Virus record (IMG/VR): IMGVR_UViG_3300010398_000019
Coordinates: 1 to 39,205 of that record
Length of the DNA stretch: 39,205 bases
Origin: a virus
Taxonomy: Duplodnaviria > Caudoviricetes
Direction: 5' to 3' (one strand)
A program made the position numbers and the translations under genes. The notes beneath the pieces were generated by a model. That model had not been told where the DNA came from, searched no databases, and worked only from the letters and a program-made list of their open reading frames with translations. This document shows positions 1 to 8,334 of the stretch, in pieces; position 1 is the first letter of the stretch; each line of letters starts with the position of its first letter.

Positions 1-1089
1 CCCGCCCGACCCGTCCGAATGCTCCGGCGTCGGAAGCAAGACTTCGCCCTGCGGCCGGTCCGCGGCCGAAAACCGCCCGCCGAGCGCGTACATCGTCTCT
101 GTCCCGGACGCGCCGCGAGCCGCCCGCGGCGTCGGGAGAAGATCCGCGACGTCGGCGAGCGTCGTCCCGTCATGATGCGCCGACCCGTCCCGCCGCGGCG
201 ACGTCGTATTCCGCGACCCGCGGGAATCGGCGACGGTCGGCGTCGGGAGCCGCGTCTCGGCGCGTCCCGCGAGCGCGACGGTCATCGCGAGAGTCAGCCC
301 GAACCCGTTCCCGTTCTGTCCCTTCGCTAGCTCCCGCTCCCGGCGGGCGATAACCGTCTCCGGCTTGTCGCCGAAGCCGCCCGCGTCCGGGCTCGGGAGA
401 AGACCTATCGCCCGGTACGGCGACGGCGGGTTCGCCCGGTAGACCCGCCCGTCCCGCATCGAACCGGCGGTCGGGAACGTCCCGGCGTACTCGACCGGGC
501 CGAACAGCGTCTCCTGCGGGCGCATCCACCGGCCGGACTCGAGAATCGCGAACGGGAACCGGGACGGCGCCGGGGCGGTTACGACGTCCCGGCGGACCGC
601 GAGGATAAAGACGCGAGCCCGTTCGTGCGGCGCGCCGATATCCGCGGCGCGGACGACGACCCACCAGACGTCATAGCCGAGCCCGTCGAGGTCGCGGAGG
701 ACGACGTCGAAGCCGAGCGACAGGTGTCCCGAGACGTTCTCGAAGACGGCGAACTCCGGACGTAGAGCGCGGACCGCGACCGCTATCGACGGCCATAGGT
801 GCCGCGGGTCGTCGGTTCCGCGTCGCCGCCCGGCATGGCTAAACGGCTGGCACGGGTAGCCGCCCGTTACGGCCCGGACCCGGTCGAGCGCGCCGGAGTC
901 GAGCGCGCCGGCCCAGTCGATCAGCTTTATGTTTCCGAGGTTCGGGAGACCGGGGTAGCGGTGCGCGAGCAGCGCGGCGACGTCCGCGTCGTTATCGGCG
1001 ACCCAGCGGACTTCGCCGCCGAGAACATGAGCGACCGCGGCTTCAAGCCCGCCGTAGCCGGTACAGAGCGAGCCGGTCGCTACTGGCAC
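1..1089 (-). CDS. DNA (cytosine-5)-methyltransferase, 3'-truncated by the window edge
   Basis: Translated by hand from GTG at 1089: motif I SLCTGYGG, LGNI, catalytic AGYPCQPFS, FENVSG, APHERARVFI, then several LPTP/LPSP repeats; no stop before position 1. Confidence 0.93.
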   Translation of the reverse strand, partial: MPVATGSLCTGYGGLEAAVAHVLGGEVRWVADNDADVAALLAHRYPGLPNLGNIKLIDWAGALDSGALDRVRAVTGGYPCQPFSHAGRRRGTDDPRHLWPSIAVAVRALRPEFAVFENVSGHLSLGFDVVLRDLDGLGYDVWWVVVRAADIGAPHERARVFILAVRRDVVTAPAPSRFPFAILESGRWMRPQETLFGPVEYAGTFPTAGSMRDGRVYRANPPSPYRAIGLLPSPDAGGFGDKPETVIARRERELAKGQNGNGFGLTLAMTVALAGRAETRLPTPTVADSRGSRNTTSPRRDGSAHHDGTTLADVADLLPTPRAARGASGTETMYALGGRFSAADRPQGEVLLPTPEHSDGSGG

Positions 1090-1391
1090 ATCGCCACCGC
1101 CCGCCGGTACGCGACGGCGACGTCGCCGAGCGGGTGTTCGGACGGAAGGTCGCCGACCGGGCCGACGAGGATCCACGTCGCCGAGATCGGGTACGGCCAC
1201 TCGGGCTCTTGGAACGGCGGAGCGCCGAGCGGCGCGACGTAGAGAAGGTTCTCTTCGTTGTGCCCGAGATAGAAGACGATCCCGGAGTCGCCCGGGTAGG
1301 CCGGGATCCCGCGGGAGCCGAGAAGTAGCTCGCCGGGGCGGAGCCGGATCTTCGAGATAAACCCGCCCGGGCCGACGAGCCCGCCGTTCAC
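1080..1391 (-). CDS. Hypothetical protein (~103 aa)
   Basis: 3' part of track ORF 1080..1691; GTG at 1391 forms a GTGA overlap with the upstream stop; its stop overlaps the MTase start. Confidence 0.6.
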   Translation of the reverse strand: MNGGLVGPGGFISKIRLRPGELLLGSRGIPAYPGDSGIVFYLGHNEENLLYVAPLGAPPFQEPEWPYPISATWILVGPVGDLPSEHPLGDVAVAYRRAVAMCQ

Positions 1392-1588
1392 GTCGGGAGC
1401 CCTAGGTAGCGACGGCAGGAGCAGCAGGCGAAGCCGCGGACGTTCTTCTTCCATTCGTCGAAATCGGTCGAGTAGTCGAGCGACGGGCCGACGAGCCGCC
1501 CGCACGTCGTATAGCTCTGCGACGGGTGGGCGTAATGCTGCGCGATAATCTTCCGGACGCGGAGCGGCGACCGCTTCTTCGCGATCAT
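1388..1588 (-). CDS. Small Cys/His-containing hypothetical protein (~66 aa)
   Basis: MIAKKRSP...HYAHP...TTCG...ACCSC; ATG at 1588 in ATGA overlap with the HNH stop. Confidence 0.6.
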   Translation of the reverse strand: MIAKKRSPLRVRKIIAQHYAHPSQSYTTCGRLVGPSLDYSTDFDEWKKNVRGFACCSCRRYLGLPT

Positions 1589-2160
1589 GAGAAGCTCCAA
1601 GCGATCCGCCACCACCGGGCCGGGTTCCACCGGGCGCGCCGCTCGGCGGCGAAGATCTCCCGGGCCGTCGCCCGGTCCGACGTCTTCCCATGCTCGACGC
1701 CGCGGGCGTCTACCCAGAAGGTCATCTTCACTAGATTGTGCTCGCCGCATAGGACGAAGAGGTTCGGGAGCTTCGAGAGCCCGCCCCACGACCAAGGCGT
1801 CTTATGGTCGAGGTGTAGCTCGTCTACGACGACGACGAGCCCGCTCCCGCAGTAGACGCAGCGGGCGCGGTCGGCGAAGAGGACGGCCCGCCGGTACCGG
1901 GCCGGGATTCTCGACGATCGCTGCTCGTTCCGCGGCGGAGCGCCGTCCCGGTTCCGCCAGTCGGCGCGCCACGTCCGCGGGACGGTTAGCGCGAGCCAGT
2001 ACGGGACGCCGACCGCGACCGCGACGACGGCGAGCGGCCATAGGGAGAGCGCGAATAGCTCGGCGAGCGTAAGCCCGGCCCAGGAACCGGGCGTCCCGGC
2101 GTAGAGCCAGAGCCCGGCGGAGCCGACGACCGGGAGCGCGAAGGTTGACCCGCGGTTCAT
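1585..2160 (-). CDS. HNH endonuclease with N-terminal transmembrane segments
   Basis: Two hydrophobic N-terminal stretches, then RARCVYCG...LHLDHKTPWSWGG...NLFVLCGEHNLVK. Confidence 0.85.
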   Translation of the reverse strand: MNRGSTFALPVVGSAGLWLYAGTPGSWAGLTLAELFALSLWPLAVVAVAVGVPYWLALTVPRTWRADWRNRDGAPPRNEQRSSRIPARYRRAVLFADRARCVYCGSGLVVVVDELHLDHKTPWSWGGLSKLPNLFVLCGEHNLVKMTFWVDARGVEHGKTSDRATAREIFAAERRARWNPARWWRIAWSFS

Positions 2161-2184
2161 GGTTCACCATCCAGGATTTAGAGC

Positions 2185-2472
2185 TTAGGCGTCGGGCGGG
2201 CTCGGCGGAGAGACCCGGAACCCGGCATCCCGGACGAGGATCGTCTCGCCGCCGACCCGGACCTCCTGTGTAGCCCATCGGCCGGTCCGAACGAAGCGCC
2301 AGTAGTCCCAGCAGGCGAGCGCGTACCGGAAGAGAAGGTAGGCGCCGAGCAGCACGATCCCGGCGGCGAGAGCGACGCCGAACATTAGCGCGGGATGGTC
2401 GGCGAAGACGGCGAGGACGAGCGCGGTAAGGAACAGCCCGCGGGTACCCGCCGGGACTACCGGGCCGTTCAC
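2185..2472 (-). CDS. Small membrane protein (2 TM)
   Basis: Hydrophobic GLFLTALVLAVF and LMFGVALAAGIVLLGAYLLF; overlaps the HTH gene stop. Confidence 0.7.
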   Translation of the reverse strand: MNGPVVPAGTRGLFLTALVLAVFADHPALMFGVALAAGIVLLGAYLLFRYALACWDYWRFVRTGRWATQEVRVGGETILVRDAGFRVSPPSPPDA

Positions 2473-2714
2473 GTCTCCGCCTTAAGGATCTGGGAGAGCC
2501 GGTCTTCGCGGCCGAGTAGAGCCTTCGCGAGAGCCCGGGCGTACTTCGGGCTCGCGCCTTGGAGCCCGCGCTCGACGAGCCCGACGTGAACGTCGGAGTA
2601 GCCGGTCAGCCGCCCTAGCTCGGAGTAGGAGAGCCCGCGGTAACACCGGAGCCTACGGACTTCGGCCAGGTCGAGCGCGACGGACCGGTTCGGCCGTCGC
2701 CGTGTCGCTTCCAT
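2469..2714 (-). CDS. XRE/Cro-family helix-turn-helix regulator
   Basis: VRRLRCYRGLSYSELGRLTGYSDVHVGLVERGLQGASPKYARALAKAL matches the HTH_3 pattern; purine-rich RBS GAGGGGAG upstream. Confidence 0.9.
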   Translation of the reverse strand: MEATRRRPNRSVALDLAEVRRLRCYRGLSYSELGRLTGYSDVHVGLVERGLQGASPKYARALAKALLGREDRLSQILKAET

Positions 2715-2745
2715 CGGAATCTCCCCTCGTTCGGTTAGAACTTCT

Positions 2746-2810
2746 CCTAAGTTTAGCTGTCCGACTCGCCTAGCGCTATGTCCGACCCGCCGCGTAGACT
2801 TAGGTCTACG
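2746..2810. promoter_or_regulatory. Divergent promoter pair with candidate operator repeats
   Basis: TAAACTTAGG (minus, 2746-2755) mirrors TAGACTTAGG (plus, 2795-2804), both starting with a TANNNT -10-like hexamer; TGTCCGAC repeated at 2758 and 2779; inverted repeat CGTAGAC-N4-GTCTACG at 2793-2810. Confidence 0.55.
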
Positions 2811-2863
2811 GGACGAGCCGGGAACCGCCCGGGTCTCCTACCAGCAAGGATCGGTGAATCCAC

Positions 2864-3949
2864 ATGCCAGCCGAAGTCGATCAAATGTTCTCCGTCCGAG
2901 AGGTCCCGTGGCACCGGGAAGGCGAAGTCCTCGCCGACTACCCGAACTCATGGGAAGCGGCTCGGGTCCTGGCCGGTCTCGACTGGGATCCCGAGCCGTT
3001 CGACGTCTACCGGTCGGATCTCGACGACGACGCGCTCCGCGTCCAGATCGCTCGGATCATGCTCGGGACGGACGGTACCGAAGGCGAGAAGATCGACCGC
3101 GTCGTCCGCATGGTCCGCGAGACCGCCTACCCCGCTATCGACGGGTGGCAGCGCGTCGGCCGGGACGACGACCCGACGAAGACGCTCGCCTGTACGAAGG
3201 CGAGCTACGAGGTTATCCGTCACTCGGCGTTCGGCGAGATCCTCGAAGCGGTTCTCGAACAGGACCGCGATAACCTCCGCGTCGAGACCGGCGGGTCGCT
3301 CGCGGGCGGTACGAAGGTCTGGATGCTCGTCCGGCTCGACGAGCCCATCGCCGTCAAGGGCGACCGGTCGCTCACCATGCCCTATGTCGCGCTTACGTCG
3401 CGCCATGACGCGGGCGGTTCGACCGCGGCGCGGGCGACCATGGTCCGGATCGTCTGCGCGAACACGTTCCGGGCGGCCGAAGCGGAAGGCGACCGGACCG
3501 GTCTTACCTTCTCCTTCCGCCACACGAAGAACTGGCGCGACCATGTCGAAGACGCCCGGGACGCGATCCGCGGCGTCCGCCGGGAGATCCGCGAGTACGT
3601 CGAGATCGCGAACGAGCTTCTCGGGATCCCGGTTACGGCCGGCCAGACCGAACTGTTCGTCCGCGAGTTCATCCCGACGCCGCCCGAAGGTCTCATTACG
3701 GAGCGGGTCTCGCGGAACATCGAAGAGGCTCGGACCGCGCTCCGGGCGATTCTCGGTTCGACGACCGTCGAAGGAGCCGGGATCGACGGGACCGCGTTCG
3801 GGCTCATCCAAGGCGCGGTCGAGTATCTCGACCATGTCCGGACCGCCCGTACGTGGGAGACGCGGCTTAACCGGACGATCATCAAGCCGGAGCGGATTAA
3901 GGCGAAGGCTACGCGGCTCGCCCGCGAGGTCGCTCTCGCCGACGCCTGA
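2864..3949 (+). CDS. DUF932 / TIGR03299-type phage-plasmid protein
   Basis: MFSVREVPWH, AGLDW, ETGGSLAGGTKVWML, SRHDAGG, TMVRIVCANT, FRHT, GTAFGLIQGAVEYLDH. Confidence 0.88.
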   Translation: MPAEVDQMFSVREVPWHREGEVLADYPNSWEAARVLAGLDWDPEPFDVYRSDLDDDALRVQIARIMLGTDGTEGEKIDRVVRMVRETAYPAIDGWQRVGRDDDPTKTLACTKASYEVIRHSAFGEILEAVLEQDRDNLRVETGGSLAGGTKVWMLVRLDEPIAVKGDRSLTMPYVALTSRHDAGGSTAARATMVRIVCANTFRAAEAEGDRTGLTFSFRHTKNWRDHVEDARDAIRGVRREIREYVEIANELLGIPVTAGQTELFVREFIPTPPEGLITERVSRNIEEARTALRAILGSTTVEGAGIDGTAFGLIQGAVEYLDHVRTARTWETRLNRTIIKPERIKAKATRLAREVALADA

Positions 3950-3960
3950 CCGGTGGGTAG

Positions 3961-3986
3961 GCCGGACCCGCGAGCCCGGGTCCGGC
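3961..3986 (+). terminator. GC-rich hairpin downstream of DUF932 (possible terminator or processing site)
   Basis: GCCGGACCCG-N6-CGGGTCCGGC perfect 10-bp stem; no U-tract. Confidence 0.4.
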
Positions 3987-4037
3987 CCGCCGACCGGGAC
4001 AGTCGTCCCGGCGACCTAGGAGAAGGGACTAGGGACC

Positions 4038-4457
4038 ATGAATACGACGAGACCCTCGAACGGGCGGGAAGCCGCCGAACTGATCGAAGAAGCCGACTTC
4101 TGGCTCGACGCCGACTCCGGATGGAAGGGAAAGCTCTCCGGAGCGGAGCGGCTCGCCCGCCGGTCCGGCGACATGGAGAAGGCGCAGGTCCGGGCGACGC
4201 TCTATGTCGGCGACATGCTCGGACTCGTCGCCGAGCGGCTCGGGCTCCTGACCGAGTCGGTTAATGCGGCGTCCGGGACGCTCGAAGAGATCCGCGACCG
4301 GACCGACGACCGGCTCGGCGAGGTCGCCGGGACGCTCGATACCGGGCTCGACAAGATCTCCGAGACGCTCCCGGAAGGGACCGAGGTCGGGCGGCTACTC
4401 GACGGGATCGTCGAGTCTCTCGACCGGATCGACGCGAAGCTCGGGAACCTGTCATGA
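4038..4457 (+). CDS. Hypothetical helical/coiled-coil protein
   Basis: 139 aa ORF with phage-like codon usage and upstream AGGGA; ATGA-coupled to the next gene. Confidence 0.8.
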   Translation: MNTTRPSNGREAAELIEEADFWLDADSGWKGKLSGAERLARRSGDMEKAQVRATLYVGDMLGLVAERLGLLTESVNAASGTLEEIRDRTDDRLGEVAGTLDTGLDKISETLPEGTEVGRLLDGIVESLDRIDAKLGNLS

Positions 4458-4987
4458 CTACCGGAACCGCGGACCGGCCGGAGAAGACGGTCGCCGAGTT
4501 CGCCGACGACGTTATGGCCATGATCGCCGACCACCAGAAGCGCGGGATCCTCCCGGCCGAGCTACCGGACCTTACGACCGTCCATGACTACGTAGATGGG
4601 AATGTCTACCTGATCGACGCGCTCGAAGGCTACTTTCCCCGCGGCGACGAGACCGCGGAGGTCATGTTCGGCGACGAAGAGATCGCCGTCTCGAACGCCG
4701 TCTCCGAAGAGGTAGACCGGCGGCTCCGAGCCCGCTACGACGAGATCCTCGCCGGGCGCGGCGAGCCGCGGGAGGTCGAGCAGCTAGCCGCCCAATTCTG
4801 GGCGTCCGACGTCTCCGCGCATGTCCGCTACCCCGGGTCGGCGAGGTCGCTCGAACAGACGATCCGGCTCTGGCTCGCGTCCCGCGGGCACCGCTGGCCG
4901 GAGCGCGACTTCGACGCCCTGTTTATGGTCGTTCTCGACCGCTGGCCGGCCGACGACCTCGCGAAGTGGAAGGGTGAAAGCTCATGA
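4454..4987 (+). CDS. Hypothetical protein
   Basis: 177 aa ORF in an ATGA-coupled chain. Confidence 0.8.
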   Translation: MTTGTADRPEKTVAEFADDVMAMIADHQKRGILPAELPDLTTVHDYVDGNVYLIDALEGYFPRGDETAEVMFGDEEIAVSNAVSEEVDRRLRARYDEILAGRGEPREVEQLAAQFWASDVSAHVRYPGSARSLEQTIRLWLASRGHRWPERDFDALFMVVLDRWPADDLAKWKGESS

Positions 4988-5205
4988 CCCTAGGGCTCGA
5001 CTACTCGCTCGACGAGTGCCCGTACTGCCGGAAGCGGCTCGACTCGGCTCCGCCCGCCGACTGCCCGGACCCGGGCGGGCACCGGGCCGAGCGGGACGAG
5101 ATCCTCCCGGGACCGCGGCTCGGCTGCGGCTGCCCGACCGATTCCGGCTGTAACGGCCGGCATCCGGGCGCGCTCGGTTCCGCGTCCGGATACGACGAGA
5201 GATAG
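4984..5205 (+). CDS. Small Cys-rich hypothetical protein
   Basis: CPYC, CPDPGGH, CGCPTDSGCNGRH; ATGA overlap. Confidence 0.65.
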   Translation: MTLGLDYSLDECPYCRKRLDSAPPADCPDPGGHRAERDEILPGPRLGCGCPTDSGCNGRHPGALGSASGYDER

Positions 5206-5212
5206 GTGAACC

Positions 5213-6028
5213 ATGACTACGAAGCCCGACCCGGCGACGATGACCGGCGACGAGATACTCGCCGAGATCCGCGCCGCGCTCCCTGCTATCCGCGAGATCC
5301 CGACGAGCCCGTCCGACCCGGGCTGGCCGGGACCGGTAGCGTCGAACCTCGCGTCGCTGAACGAGCTAGTCGCCGAACTCGTCGGCGCGCTCGCCGACCG
5401 CGGGATCTCCGACCCGGAGTTCGCCGACATGGTCCGGCGGATCTTCCGGGATCATTCTCACCGGCTCGGGTTCGAGTTCCGCGGCGAGCCGTTCTTCGGC
5501 GACGGCGGCGACCTGCTCGACCGCATGGTCGAAGAGATCCTCGCCGTCTCGTCGCCGACCGGCGGGACCGACTACGAAGAGCAGAAGTGGAAGCGGGCCG
5601 TCCGCGGGATCGCCGCCCGGATCTTCCGCGCCGGCATGGCGTCCGGGTGGGATAAGCACCGCGCCGCGCCTCCCGCGGGCGACCGCGCCCGGGACCTCGC
5701 TAGCCAATGGGAAATGTCGGCGAGAGCCGCCGCGCCCGAACGCCGGGACGGCGAAGTCTCGACGGAGATCCGGTCGGCGACCGCGGCGACTTTCCTAGCC
5801 TGCGCCCGGGAACTCCGCGCCGCGTTCGGCCCGGCGGAACCGTTCGGCGTCCCGGACCTGGACTGCCGGACCTGCTCCGGCGCGGGCCGGATCCCGGTCG
5901 ATGCGAGCGTCGCCGGGTCGCCTACGCGGCGCTGCCCGGACTGTCCCGGTGACCCGGACGGCCCGGCCGGGCTCGGCCCGGGCGAAGCGTTCGACGCGGG
6001 ACGCGGGACGGGCGGGCCGACGTCATGA
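5213..6028 (+). CDS. Hypothetical protein with C-terminal CxxCxGxG...CxxC zinc finger
   Basis: CRTCSGAGRIP...RCPDCPG; AGGTG upstream. Confidence 0.75.
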   Translation: MTTKPDPATMTGDEILAEIRAALPAIREIPTSPSDPGWPGPVASNLASLNELVAELVGALADRGISDPEFADMVRRIFRDHSHRLGFEFRGEPFFGDGGDLLDRMVEEILAVSSPTGGTDYEEQKWKRAVRGIAARIFRAGMASGWDKHRAAPPAGDRARDLASQWEMSARAAAPERRDGEVSTEIRSATAATFLACARELRAAFGPAEPFGVPDLDCRTCSGAGRIPVDASVAGSPTRRCPDCPGDPDGPAGLGPGEAFDAGRGTGGPTS

Positions 6029-6210
6029 GCGCGCCGCTTCCCGGGATGCCCGAGTCTGCGAAGCCCGAACCGCAACTCGACGACCGGTCCGCGCTCGACC
6101 GGATCGCCGAAGCCATGCGCGGCGACGAGTGGAACTCCGACCTTTGGAACGTCATCGCCGACCTCGTCAACAAGACCGGCCGGACCGCCTACTACACCGC
6201 GGAGGATTAG
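6025..6210 (+). CDS. Hypothetical protein (61 aa)
   Basis: ATGA-coupled ORF ending just before a strong hairpin. Confidence 0.7.
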   Translation: MSAPLPGMPESAKPEPQLDDRSALDRIAEAMRGDEWNSDLWNVIADLVNKTGRTAYYTAED

Positions 6211-6225
6211 GAGCCTAGAACGGCG

Positions 6226-6267
6226 AGAAGCGCCCGCTCCCGGGACTAGCCCGGGGCGGGCGCTTCT
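6226..6267 (+). terminator. Intrinsic terminator-like hairpin closing the plus-strand operon
   Basis: AGAAGCGCCCGCTCCCGGG-actag-CCCGGGGCGGGCGCTTCT, about 18-bp stem with one bulge, 15 nt after the stop. Confidence 0.7.
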
Positions 6268-6421
6268 AACTGTTACGCGGCTCTGAGAGCCACGGAGACG
6301 GCTCGGGTTCCGTGGCTATGCCTCCGTATTGCCACGGTTCTACTCGCTCGGGCGCGTACAGCGCCGCGGCGGGCGCAGGGCTTCTAGTCTCGCTGCCCCC
6401 CTAGGGGAGACACTAGGGTTC

Positions 6422-6691
6422 ATGAGCCGGCCGCGGAAGTACAATCCCGCTCCCGGCGACCGCTACGGGCGGCTCGTCGTCATCTTCGCGCCGGACCCGG
6501 AGCCGGGTAAGGAGCGGCGGGTCCGGGTCCGCTGCGACTGCGGTAACGAGGTCTCGCCGCTCCTTAAGAACGTATGCCGCGGCCTAACCCGCTCCTGCGG
6601 CTGTCTACTCCGCGAAGTCGCGGCGAAGGCTGCGGCCGAGATGGCGACCGGCCGGCCATGGTGGGAGCGGCGCCGGGTTAGTGGACGTTGA
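6422..6691 (+). CDS. Stand-alone Cys4 zinc-ribbon protein (N-terminal module typical of phage AP2/HNH homing-type endonucleases)
   Basis: ATG at 6422; GDRYGRLVV...RCDCGNE...RGLTRSCGCL; no nuclease domain follows. Confidence 0.65.
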   Translation: MSRPRKYNPAPGDRYGRLVVIFAPDPEPGKERRVRVRCDCGNEVSPLLKNVCRGLTRSCGCLLREVAAKAAAEMATGRPWWERRRVSGR

Positions 6692-7034
6692 GGACGACCG
6701 CGTGTCCCGCGGCGAGCATCGTCGCGGCGAAGTCCCGGCCGTCCGCGAGCGTGATCGTCCCATCGAACCGGCCGCCGTACTTATCCCACCCGTGGGAGAC
6801 GACTTGGCAGCGGTCGCCCGGCTTAAGGAGCCCGCGGGCGAAGTCGAGCGCGTCGGTCCCGGGCGTCGTCGATAGCTCGGGCGCGTTGATGCCGAAGATC
6901 CGGCAGGCGAGCCGGGTCTTCCCGTCGAAGTCGGTCCCGGAGATCAGGTGATCGAAGCCGAGGTCGATATCGAGCGTGACCGTGTCGCCGTCGTGGACGT
7001 TGACGACGCGGGCCGGGTACGGGCCGAAGTCCAT
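6678..7034 (-). CDS. Thermonuclease (SNase-like) family nuclease
   Basis: VVNVHDGDTV, RIFGINAPEL, DKYGGRF, MLAAGHAV; RBS GAAAGG; no signal peptide. Confidence 0.9.
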   Translation of the reverse strand: MDFGPYPARVVNVHDGDTVTLDIDLGFDHLISGTDFDGKTRLACRIFGINAPELSTTPGTDALDFARGLLKPGDRCQVVSHGWDKYGGRFDGTITLADGRDFAATMLAAGHAVVLNVH

Positions 7035-7053
7035 AGTTAGACCTTTCGTTAGG

Positions 7054-7186
7054 GAGACCGATCCCGGCTCTCCGGCGCTTGGAGCGTGCCCCTATCCCGG
7101 CCGGAACCGGCCCGGATCGCCTACCGCTACCGGGCGCGGGCCGGGAGACTTCTCCCGAAGTGCTGAGGCTGGCCGGGACCGGTCTC
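7054..7186 (-). promoter_or_regulatory. Candidate structured RNA leader upstream of the thermonuclease
   Basis: 7054-7068 and 7172-7186 form a 15-bp helix whose single plus-strand A-C mismatch is a G-U pair on the minus strand; internal hairpins. Confidence 0.35.
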
Positions 7187-7316
7187 TACTAGTAGGTTCC
7201 GGATCCGGGACGTAAGTTCGACCCATGGACGGAAACTTTTTTAGCAACGGGAACTCGCTCGCCGCCGCGGGCAAGCCGATCTACGAGCCGCGGATCTTCC
7301 GGCGCTTCCGGCGCTC

Positions 7317-7511
7317 ATGACCGAGCCGGTCCCGGCGTCGATCTACGGCCGGGCCGTCGCCGCCGTAGATCAGCAGTACGCCGTACGGACGGCCGGTGAC
7401 CCGATGCCGTTCCGGGACCGCGCCGCGGCCGAGAAGTGGATCGGCGAGCATGGCGGGAAGCTCGTCGATCGCGTCGTCTACACGACCGAATGGTCTACGA
7501 CGCCGACCTAG
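7317..7511 (+). CDS. Hypothetical protein (64 aa)
   Basis: Phage-like codon usage; convergent stop overlap with 7508..8074. Confidence 0.6.
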   Translation: MTEPVPASIYGRAVAAVDQQYAVRTAGDPMPFRDRAAAEKWIGEHGGKLVDRVVYTTEWSTTPT

Positions 7512-8074
7512 ACCTCCTGTAGATCGAACCCGGCGCCCGCGGCTACCTTGTCGCCGATCCTCGCCTGATTCGACGTTCCGGCCGTCGTCGCGGTCCCGAC
7601 ACACGTCCACATCGCCATGGCTTCGACGAGCGCCTGTCCGAGCCCGGCGGGCGTCCCGGCCGGGACGTTCGCCTTCGTCGGGTTCGCGCCGCTCTTCGTC
7701 ACGTTCCCCCAAGCGGCGGTCGCCGGCGGAGTCCCGGCGACGCCCGCGTAGAAAGTGTCGGTGAACGTCCCGGAGAACGCTCCGGCGATCTGCGCGACTA
7801 GGACATTCTGAGCGCCGGTCGCCGTCCCGCGGTAGATCCGGATGCCGGTCGTCCCGGCCGGGCTCGCGCCGATTACCAAGTCGATGTGACCGCCCGCGGC
7901 CGGGGTAGCGTTCCGCTCGGTCGAGACGGCGGACTCGCCGCCGCCGCTACCGACGAGCGCGGTAATCACGTAGAACTGTTGCGTAGCGGGCATCGACCCG
8001 CCGCCCGCGACCGCCGTCGCGGACGTTAGCGTCGGCGCGGACGGCTGGACCTTCTTAAGCTGGCTAGTCGTCAT
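7508..8074 (-). CDS. Putative virion protein with FN3/Ig-like domain
   Basis: APTLT...FYVITAL...GESAVS...GIRIYRGT...TFTDT beta-sandwich pattern; ATGA-coupled to the holin. Confidence 0.6.
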   Translation of the reverse strand: MTTSQLKKVQPSAPTLTSATAVAGGGSMPATQQFYVITALVGSGGGESAVSTERNATPAAGGHIDLVIGASPAGTTGIRIYRGTATGAQNVLVAQIAGAFSGTFTDTFYAGVAGTPPATAAWGNVTKSGANPTKANVPAGTPAGLGQALVEAMAMWTCVGTATTAGTSNQARIGDKVAAGAGFDLQEV

Positions 8075-8331
8075 CGGTTCTCTATCTCCCCCTGGACCGG
8101 CGTTAGTGGCTCGGTGAGGTCGGGCCGGTGCGTATGCGGCGCATAGTACGCGGCGATAGCGGCGAGAACCGCGCCGACGACGACCGGGATCTGACCCTGT
8201 AGATCGGCCGGGACGTTGTCCTTAACACCCGGGACGAACGTAATAATCGCCCACGAGATATAGCCGACGAGCGCCGCGGTCGTCGGCCCGGCGACCGCCT
8301 TCGACTCGACGGGACCTCCTGCTCCTGCCAT
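8071..8331 (-). CDS. Holin (2 TM)
   Basis: VESKAVA, two hydrophobic helices, C-terminal YYAPHTHRPD typical of actinophage holins; follows the lysins. Confidence 0.8.
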   Translation of the reverse strand: MAGAGGPVESKAVAGPTTAALVGYISWAIITFVPGVKDNVPADLQGQIPVVVGAVLAAIAAYYAPHTHRPDLTEPLTPVQGEIENR

Positions 8332-8334
8332 GAC

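Noticed and set aside
770-800. Apparent frameshift in the C5-MTase, suggested by its absence from the ORF track
   Set aside because: Re-reading gives CAC CTA TGG CCG TCG ATA GCG in frame; the ORF is missing from the track only because it has no stop inside the window
2778-4019. 413 aa plus-strand ORF overlapping DUF932, and many similar long Arg/Pro/Ser-rich ORFs (e.g. 30534..31802, 16604..17566, 32900..33775)
   Set aside because: Shadow frames of real genes in high-GC DNA; no motifs and low-complexity composition
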